This document shows, in pieces, positions 57,249-64,000 of a stretch of DNA of 64,000 nt; positions within the stretch are counted from its first letter, which is position 1, and each line of letters opens with the position of its first letter. The notes beneath the pieces are model-generated. The model was not told the DNA's origin. It worked only from the letters and a program-made list of their open reading frames with translations, and searched no databases. Source of the stretch: Candidatus Helarchaeota archaeon (lineage in GTDB: Archaea > Asgardarchaeota > Lokiarchaeia > Helarchaeales > RDOG01); the NCBI GenBank assembly GCA_019058315.1, contig JAHPZH010000001.1:599536-663535 (forward strand). Direction: 5' to 3'. The position numbers were made by a program, and so were the translations under genes.

Positions 57249-57983
57249 TTGAGAATAATACCTGTTATTGACATTCTAAAGGGAGATGTAGTTCATGGAA
57301 AAATGGGAGAGAGGAATAAATATGTTCCAATCAAAAGTGTAATTTGTAAAGACTCTGATCCCCTGAATGTAGCGAAATCTTTTAAATCAAAATTTAATTT
57401 TAAGGATCTATATATTGCTGACTTGGATTCTATAATGAGGGAGAAAATGGAATTTGATTACATTAATAATATTGCTAAATCCACAGGTATGCGAATTATA
57501 ATGGACGCAGGCATTACAACCGTAGATGGATCTGATATCTTATTTCAAAATGGAGTTAGCATCGTTATTATAGCGACCGAAACTCTAAAAAGTTTTCACC
57601 AACTGGCAGAAATAGTCAATGAGTTTGGACCCGAAAAAATTATCACAAGTATTGACCTTTATGAAGGAAAATTAATGGCAAAGAGTGCTGGAATTAATAA
57701 ATTATCTCCAATAGATGTCGCTACTAAAATTGAAGAATTAGGAATAATTGAAACAATAGTCTTGGAGCTTACAAGAGTCGGATCTAACCAAGGTGTCACA
57801 TTAGAATATATAAAACAAATTCAAGAGAAGACAGATTTAAAAATAATAACAGGTGGTGGAGTAAGAATAATTGAGGATTTATATAATTTAAAAAAACTTG
57901 AGCTTTCTGGGTTATTAATCGCCACAGCCTTTCATAATGGTTCAATTAGACCTGAAGACATAAAAGAATTCTATTCATATTGA
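57249..57983 (+). CDS. HisA/HisF-related TIM-barrel protein of C1-cofactor pathways
   Basis: IPVIDI.KG.VVHG..GER, YIADLDSI, RVGS..G, GGGVR. Confidence 0.8.
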   Translation: MRIIPVIDILKGDVVHGKMGERNKYVPIKSVICKDSDPLNVAKSFKSKFNFKDLYIADLDSIMREKMEFDYINNIAKSTGMRIIMDAGITTVDGSDILFQNGVSIVIIATETLKSFHQLAEIVNEFGPEKIITSIDLYEGKLMAKSAGINKLSPIDVATKIEELGIIETIVLELTRVGSNQGVTLEYIKQIQEKTDLKIITGGGVRIIEDLYNLKKLELSGLLIATAFHNGSIRPEDIKEFYSY

Positions 57984-58074
57984 TATTTTCTAGGGAAAAA
58001 TGAAAATAATTAAAAACCCTGAGTTTAATTTCGATTAGTGCATATTTATTATATTCCTAAAGTAAATTTTAATA

Positions 58075-58887
58075 TTATATATTAAAAACTGATTTAGGAA
58101 TTACTTCTAAATTCCATTTTGTAATGAATTTATCTCTTTTATGTTTAATCTTAGAGTCATGGATAATGGAAACTGGAATAAGTAAGCACATCATTATGAA
58201 CGGTTGCATTATTAAGCTAAAAGTACCTTGCCATGGAATATTATAAATAATTGTTTTATAAATTTCGATGCCAAGTCCGATTGGGGTGGTAAAACCTATA
58301 AATCCCGCCCAAGCTGAATTATAGTAATGTCCAACCCCTTCAATAGTTGGAGGATATCTTTTATTTCTATATTTCTTTTTCCTAATACCTATAATGCCCG
58401 TGTCTTGTAGAATCCAACTTCCACTTACTACAACACATGAAACTGGTAAGAAAAGCAAATTTAATGATATACTTGGTAATACATTCTGAAAATAGCTCAA
58501 ATGTGTTTCTGTAGGTGTAATAAAGGCTTGAAACATAATTAATAGCGAATAACAGAACAAAGCTGGGATTGCAAGTCTATATAAATAATCGAAATTTGAA
58601 AATTCAGTTCCTGGTTCAATATTTTTATAATCATACTTATTTAATTTAATAATTTTATGTAATGGGAAATAAATAGACGTCATAAAATCTCCGAATAAAA
58701 AATAAACTCCAATTAGATATAAAGGTTGAAATGTTGCAAGTAACAAAAAATCTATTGGTGCAGTACTCGGAATAAATAAAGCTAAATCTTCATTAGGATA
58801 TAGAATAAACATCATAATTTGACCAAATAAGATCATGGAATATCCACAAAGAAATATTAAAAGAATTTTTTTCATACTATTCACCAA
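58075..58887 (-). CDS. Hypothetical membrane protein
   Basis: About 6 hydrophobic segments. Confidence 0.6.
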   Translation of the reverse strand: MVNSMKKILLIFLCGYSMILFGQIMMFILYPNEDLALFIPSTAPIDFLLLATFQPLYLIGVYFLFGDFMTSIYFPLHKIIKLNKYDYKNIEPGTEFSNFDYLYRLAIPALFCYSLLIMFQAFITPTETHLSYFQNVLPSISLNLLFLPVSCVVVSGSWILQDTGIIGIRKKKYRNKRYPPTIEGVGHYYNSAWAGFIGFTTPIGLGIEIYKTIIYNIPWQGTFSLIMQPFIMMCLLIPVSIIHDSKIKHKRDKFITKWNLEVIPKSVFNI

Positions 58888-58986
58888 AAAACTTTAATTT
58901 AATTTCCAATCAGATGACAAAAATTTATCGTTCCTTTTATAATCAATATTAGGCATAATTATCAAAGCCATATTAAATTAATAAAT

Positions 58987-59799
58987 TTAAATGTTTCCGC
59001 ACGCCTCACAGCCTGAACGTCTTTTTTGAAAAATATTCTGAATTTTAACTTCTTCTTCGAGTGAAATCCTAATTTTTGGAATAATTTTGCCATAATTAAG
59101 GATATACTTAAACCCTTGATCCACTTGTAGACTAGCGACAATATTCATTGTAGATGCTAGACTTGCCCCACAAGGTAATTTAGGTATTTCTTCTTGTTCA
59201 TTTTCAGGTTCGATATAAACCAAAGTATCAGGGCTATAATAACATTCTAAACATGGAGTTTTACCAGGAATTACTGATATAATAATACCTCTTAATGCAT
59301 TTTCACTAGTTCCACCATCAATAATTGGTTTTCCTTGTTGTACTGCATATGCATTGACCTCGATCCTTGCCTCTTCATTATCAAAACAAGTGAAAATGAT
59401 GTTACTTTGACTAATCAAATCTTCCAATTCAGGCCAAGCAATTACATTATTTTTATAAGCCTCAGTCTGAATATGAAATTTTTTATCTACATTTCTTGCG
59501 TTTCGTATCTCTTTTAACTTTTCTGCTAAAACAAAAGCCTTTGATTTATTTATGTCGTTTCTATTATAAACTAATCTATTAAAATTTTCTTCTTCCACAA
59601 CATCTTTGTCTATTATTATTATTTTTCCGATGCCAGTTCTGGCTAAAATTTGGGCTACAATTACTCCTAGCCCACCTGCACCGCATACGAGAGCAGTCTG
59701 TGATAAAAGTTTATTTATATCATATCCCATAAAAATAATTCGTGAGAACATTTTAGGTGAATTCAGGGCCAGATTCGTTCTATCTTCAATTGGGATCAT
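58987..59799 (-). CDS. ThiF/MoeB/E1-like activating enzyme
   Basis: GAGGLG, D.D.VE..NFNR, DN..AR, TPCLEC, LPCG, C-terminal CEAC. Confidence 0.9.
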   Translation of the reverse strand: MIPIEDRTNLALNSPKMFSRIIFMGYDINKLLSQTALVCGAGGLGVIVAQILARTGIGKIIIIDKDVVEEENFNRLVYNRNDINKSKAFVLAEKLKEIRNARNVDKKFHIQTEAYKNNVIAWPELEDLISQSNIIFTCFDNEEARIEVNAYAVQQGKPIIDGGTSENALRGIIISVIPGKTPCLECYYSPDTLVYIEPENEQEEIPKLPCGASLASTMNIVASLQVDQGFKYILNYGKIIPKIRISLEEEVKIQNIFQKRRSGCEACGNI

Positions 59800-59808
59800 T
59801 TTATTACC

Positions 59809-60930
59809 TCAACCATATCTCATAAATTTATCTAAAGTTGTATCCGAATCTTTTTTATTATCCTTCCCTTCTAATTTGCTCAATCTTCTCTCAATATCTT
59901 TAATAGTATTATGAATTTTTTCAAATTGTTCATCAATATTTCTTAAACTGCGAGTATGAAGAGAAATTTCTTCTAAATCTCTTCTCAAAGAATTTACACT
60001 TTTTTTTAATTGTTCAAAATTCTCGATTTTCCCCTTTTGTTTTTCGAATTCTTTCTCCTTTAATATTAGTACTTTTCCTACCATCTCTGATAATTTTATC
60101 TTTTTATCAAGCTCTTTATCTCCAGAAAATAATTCTAAAGTTGGAGAAATTTTAAAATCTTTAGTTATTTTTTCATAAAGATCTTCAATTTTTGCATTCG
60201 CAGGCAAAAAAAATCTATAAGCTATATCGAAATTTTGCCCCAATTTAATATCAATTGGAACAAATGGGATAACTTCTATTTCATCAATGTTCAATAGTAT
60301 TTCTTTATCTGGAATTTCTTGATAACCATATATAAAAATGGGTCGCGAGAGACATTTTCCAACTTCATGAGCCGCATTACTAATAAAATTAAATCTTAGA
60401 TCTTGTATTTTAGAATTTTTTGGTCCGCATAACTGGAAAGTTATTGGGATTGTGAAATGATAAATTTTTAATCTTTCTTCTCTATTGAGATTCCTGATTT
60501 CTATTTCAATTTTGTGAACTTTATCATTAACGGCATTAAATGCTACTAATTCATCTGGATTTAAAACATATATTATGAACACATTTCTATTGTGACTATC
60601 ACGAGCATATTTTGTAAATGTCTCTTTATCTGTATTGCTAAAGGTCAGCATTCTTCCTGGATGTTTATGCATATTCCCTAAAATTTCTAAGCCGATCGGT
60701 AATCCCGCTCTAAGCCTAAAATCCTTTGCAAAGTCAGTTTCTACATATGTGGGTCCTTGTTCATAATAATCAAATTCAATTAAATCATAACAATAAGCAG
60801 TTTTGCCACGAATTAACCCAACAATATAAAATCCAACTTCTGAGCTGGTTTTTTGCCCTTGTTTAATTGCGTGCTTATATAAAAAATTGGGTAGAACTAC
60901 CTTTTCAATTATTGGTCCATTTTCATCCAA
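59809..60930 (-). CDS. JAB/MPN+ isopeptidase fused to ubiquitin-like domain(s) and a coiled coil
   Basis: EVG...HKHP.....SNTD JAMM motif; beta-grasp-like segment (LPANAKIEDLYEKI...LELFSGDKEL..KIKLSE); heptad C-terminus. Confidence 0.7.
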   Translation of the reverse strand: MDENGPIIEKVVLPNFLYKHAIKQGQKTSSEVGFYIVGLIRGKTAYCYDLIEFDYYEQGPTYVETDFAKDFRLRAGLPIGLEILGNMHKHPGRMLTFSNTDKETFTKYARDSHNRNVFIIYVLNPDELVAFNAVNDKVHKIEIEIRNLNREERLKIYHFTIPITFQLCGPKNSKIQDLRFNFISNAAHEVGKCLSRPIFIYGYQEIPDKEILLNIDEIEVIPFVPIDIKLGQNFDIAYRFFLPANAKIEDLYEKITKDFKISPTLELFSGDKELDKKIKLSEMVGKVLILKEKEFEKQKGKIENFEQLKKSVNSLRRDLEEISLHTRSLRNIDEQFEKIHNTIKDIERRLSKLEGKDNKKDSDTTLDKFMRYG

Positions 60931-61059
60931 ATTAATTCCTCTCCTTAAATTGAAAGAAGGTATCGAATATAAATATAAGACTTCGTGAGAAAAATAAATT
61001 TCCTAAATTCAATTACAAATTCTGAATTTGAATAAATATTATTTAATGAGGTAATAGTA

Positions 61060-61269
61060 TTGGCAGAATCGGTTTATAAAGTTATAGAAGTAGTTGGTTC
61101 ATCGGAAAAAAGCTTTGAAGATGCTATACAAAACATAATAGATAAAGCTGCTAAGACTTTACGTGACTTAAGGATTGCAGAAGTTATACAATTTGATGTA
61201 AAAATTGAAGATAATAAAATAGTCTTATATCGAGCTCGAGTACATCTTTCATTTAAAATGGAAGAATAA
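61060..61269 (+). CDS. Dodecin
   Basis: VYKVIEVVGSS..SFEDAI...A.KTLR...YRARV.LSFK. Confidence 0.92.
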   Translation: MAESVYKVIEVVGSSEKSFEDAIQNIIDKAAKTLRDLRIAEVIQFDVKIEDNKIVLYRARVHLSFKMEE

Positions 61270-61333
61270 TAAATCTAAAAATCTATTTTAAATCACTTTT
61301 TTTTTAATTTATCTTGTAAAAATTGCTTTGTTA

Positions 61334-62569
61334 TTATTCTTCTTCTTTAATTAATAATATTAATATGAAGACAATTGCCAATAAGATTGTCTGTAATATT
61401 AATGCTGGGAAATAATCTTCACTAATTGGCAATTTCAAATCTTCTAATCCTAAAATGAATAAGATACCACCGATTTGTCCTACCATCATTAAGATTCCAT
61501 TTGAAGTGGCTTCTGGGACCGGTTTTGTGGCATCAACTGCGTATTCTAAACTGACAGGAGAGGCCGAGATCAAACCAAATCCAAAAATAAAACCTAATAA
61601 CCCCAATAGAATAGGATCTTTCGTAAAAGAAATTCCTAATAATGAAATCGTAGCAATTATAACTGAAATATTAAGTAATATTTTACGTTTTTTGTATTTA
61701 TCAGATATAATTGACATAATTAAGCTTCCTATTATGCCTCCTAATAAAATTAGAAGCCCAAATAGACCTGCAAATGCAGAATAATGACCTTTTGGAATCA
61801 CTATTCCTTCGATAAATGTTAATATTGTGTTGAAAATGCCTAATCCTATTAAAAAAGTAATTATTAATATCCAAAAATTAAAATTAGAAAATAATTTCTT
61901 TAGGCCTTCAAACATAAGAACTTTTTCAACGGTCACTTCTCTAGATGGTGGCGTAGGTGGTTTATTTTTTATAAAAATAATATAAATAATTCCTAGACTT
62001 AATGATAGAATTCCATACACATTTAACATATTTTGAAAATTAGGAAAATTATTCAATATTTCTATAAGATTGACACCTCCAACTATAAATGGAGTGATAA
62101 ATAGACCCATAGCAGTGCCTAAAAAAACTGATATTAATGCTATACCAGTTGCAGTGGTTCTTTCTGAAGGTTCAAACCAATTTGCAGATAATTTAGTTAT
62201 GCTATTTAACATAAATGGTTGTCCAATTGCGATACCTATTTGGAACAATAAAACAAGATCATAAGAACCAACTGAAAAAATACGTAAAAATCCACATACT
62301 GCAATAAACAAAGTACCGATTATCGTTCCGATTTTAAAATCATATTTATCTAATATCCAAGAAGCAATAAAAGTAACTGGAATGTAAACTACCATAAATA
62401 CTAAAGATAACAAATAAATTGATAATTCTTCAACTCCGTAGAATAATTGTGCTGCTGTGGTTACTGTTGCAAAACCTATCCATAAGATTTGAAGAACCAT
62501 ATTAACTAGCATAAATAAAATTAGTACAACCCAACGATATCCATAAATTTTTGGTTCAGTTTCAGTCAT
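61334..62569 (-). CDS. MFS transporter (FLVCR/SLC49-like)
   Basis: Y.YRWVVL, GQPF, ANWF...ER..AT, PPTPPS; about 12 TM. Confidence 0.88.
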   Translation of the reverse strand: MTETEPKIYGYRWVVLILFMLVNMVLQILWIGFATVTTAAQLFYGVEELSIYLLSLVFMVVYIPVTFIASWILDKYDFKIGTIIGTLFIAVCGFLRIFSVGSYDLVLLFQIGIAIGQPFMLNSITKLSANWFEPSERTTATGIALISVFLGTAMGLFITPFIVGGVNLIEILNNFPNFQNMLNVYGILSLSLGIIYIIFIKNKPPTPPSREVTVEKVLMFEGLKKLFSNFNFWILIITFLIGLGIFNTILTFIEGIVIPKGHYSAFAGLFGLLILLGGIIGSLIMSIISDKYKKRKILLNISVIIATISLLGISFTKDPILLGLLGFIFGFGLISASPVSLEYAVDATKPVPEATSNGILMMVGQIGGILFILGLEDLKLPISEDYFPALILQTILLAIVFILILLIKEEE

Positions 62570-62745
62570 AATAACCTCTCATTAAAGTAATTTATAAAAA
62601 TTGTTATTTACAAATTTTTTAAAGATTAGTAAAATCACTTTTCTTATTTTTCTTTAGTGTAAATTTCTTTTTAAAGATCCAGTTATCAATTCTTTTGAAA
62701 GCATAAATGTGAATAAAATATCTAATAAATTACGGAGCAAACGGA

Positions 62746-63204
62746 ATGTCATATAAATGTGAAATTAAAGAAAAGTCCACACAACCTACACTAATAATCC
62801 GGAAAAAAACATCTGTACAGAACTTATCTGAACTATTAGGAAAATCATATGGCGAAATTATTATATATATCATGGAACTAGGGGAACAACCTTCAGGACC
62901 TCCCTATGTTGCATATTATAATACGGATATGCTAAATTTAGAAATTGAAATTGGTTTTCCGGTTTCTAAAAAGTTTTCTGATAAAGGTGATATTAAATCA
63001 AGTGAGATTCCTGGAGGAAAATTCGCAAATTGTCTCTATATTGGTCCTTATAATGAAATTGCAGCAGCTTATAATGCTCTTACAGAGTGGATTGAAAATA
63101 ATGGATATGAATCAACAGGAGTTGCATATGAAATATATCTAAATGATCCAAGAGAAACCCCACCTCATGATTTAAAAACTCAAATTATGTTTCCGCTTAA
63201 ATAA
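62746..63204 (+). CDS. GyrI-like small-molecule-binding protein
   Basis: IPGGK.A...YIGPY, YEIYLNDP. Confidence 0.85.
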   Translation: MSYKCEIKEKSTQPTLIIRKKTSVQNLSELLGKSYGEIIIYIMELGEQPSGPPYVAYYNTDMLNLEIEIGFPVSKKFSDKGDIKSSEIPGGKFANCLYIGPYNEIAAAYNALTEWIENNGYESTGVAYEIYLNDPRETPPHDLKTQIMFPLK

Positions 63205-63301
63205 TTAAGATTAAAAAAAATTGGGTTTAGTACTAATATGAACTATTGTTGAATAGAATAAATAAAACTCTTTTTTATTTTTTTAATATTCAGTAAATAA
63301 A

Positions 63302-63748
63302 TTATTTTACCACTAACACTGGACATTTTGCATGGTTTACAACTTCATTACTAACGCTACCTAGGAAAAATCTCTTAAGTCCACTTAGACCTCTGCTTCC
63401 TATAACTATAAGGTCCATTTTCTCATCTTCAGCAATTTGAATGATTGTATCTGCTGGTCTTCCTTCCATTAACTTGGGTTCAATTTCTAGATCAGGTTTT
63501 TTTTCTCTTGCCTTTTCGACAGCTTCAGCTAAAAGTTTTGCAGTAGAATCCATCAATTCCTTTGAATAAGTTTCAAGAATTTCTCCAGGAACAGGTGTCC
63601 CAATCATTCCTAGGGGTGTTGTGGCGTGATGGGATACACTTAAAACGGTAACTTTTGCTCCACACTTTTCTGCTAAATCAAGTGTAAAGTCCAAAGTTTC
63701 CTGAGCGTGTTTTGAACCATCAAATGCTACCAAAATTTTTTTCATCAT
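63302..63748 (-). CDS. Universal stress protein
   Basis: KKILVAFDGS, DLIVIGSRG, LGSVS..V..HA.CPVLVVK; start moved to the ATG after the GGAGGTGA SD. Confidence 0.92.
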   Translation of the reverse strand: MMKKILVAFDGSKHAQETLDFTLDLAEKCGAKVTVLSVSHHATTPLGMIGTPVPGEILETYSKELMDSTAKLLAEAVEKAREKKPDLEIEPKLMEGRPADTIIQIAEDEKMDLIVIGSRGLSGLKRFFLGSVSNEVVNHAKCPVLVVK

Positions 63749-64000
63749 TCTTTCACCTCCATATATATAAAAAAAGAATAATTTTCTCATATAAAAATCC
63801 TTTTATTAAAATAAGATTTAAAATAGTTAATTTTCCTCAACCTATTATAAAAAAAGAGCGTTTAATTTTATTAAAAAGAGCCTTATTCATTGAAATAGAC
63901 TTCATATCTTCTCGCTAAAGTAAATAAAATAGTTATTTGAATATACTCCCTTTTTTCTTAATCTGATAACCTTAAAAATCATAATTTACTTAGGAATTTC

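Overview
AT-rich archaeal DNA, most consistent with an Asgard archaeon (Loki/Hel-like), judged from longin-like C-terminal domains, SDS22-type LRR proteins, an E1+JAB/Ubl pair, methanofuran genes and archaeal mevalonate genes. 0.7-3.6 kb: mfnD-F-E methanofuran genes. 3.8-28 kb: duplicated modules of a membrane-anchored surface protein plus a wHTH/longin-like protein, and two giant surface proteins. 27,969-32,248: a minus-strand array of 21 tRNA genes covering all 20 amino acids (one gene each, Cys twice), 12 with introns. The array also holds an HNH frame, a LAGLIDADG-like gene bracketed by a tRNA-iMet 3' duplication, and a box C/D sRNA whose two guides are complementary to the 23S sarcin-ricin loop. 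Main discovery: the 'introns' of the multi-codon-family tRNA genes carry spare synonymous anticodon mini-exons. The Arg gene has no valid anticodon at the normal position and carries five tandem cassettes (TCT, GCG, TCG, CCG, CCT). Lys TTT/CTT, Glu TTC/CTC, Gln TTG/CTG, Gly TCC/GCC, Ser GCT/CGA (plus GGA, TGA) and Thr AGT/TGT each have a second bulge-helix-bulge that would swap the anticodon. This suggests one gene giving several isoacceptors by cis-alternative tRNA splicing (inferred from hand-folding, not tested). 33.8-38.9 kb: archaeal mevalonate cluster. The rest is housekeeping and accessory genes, including a form IV RuBisCO-like protein, a RadA-family protein, E1+JAB, dodecin, MFS and USP.
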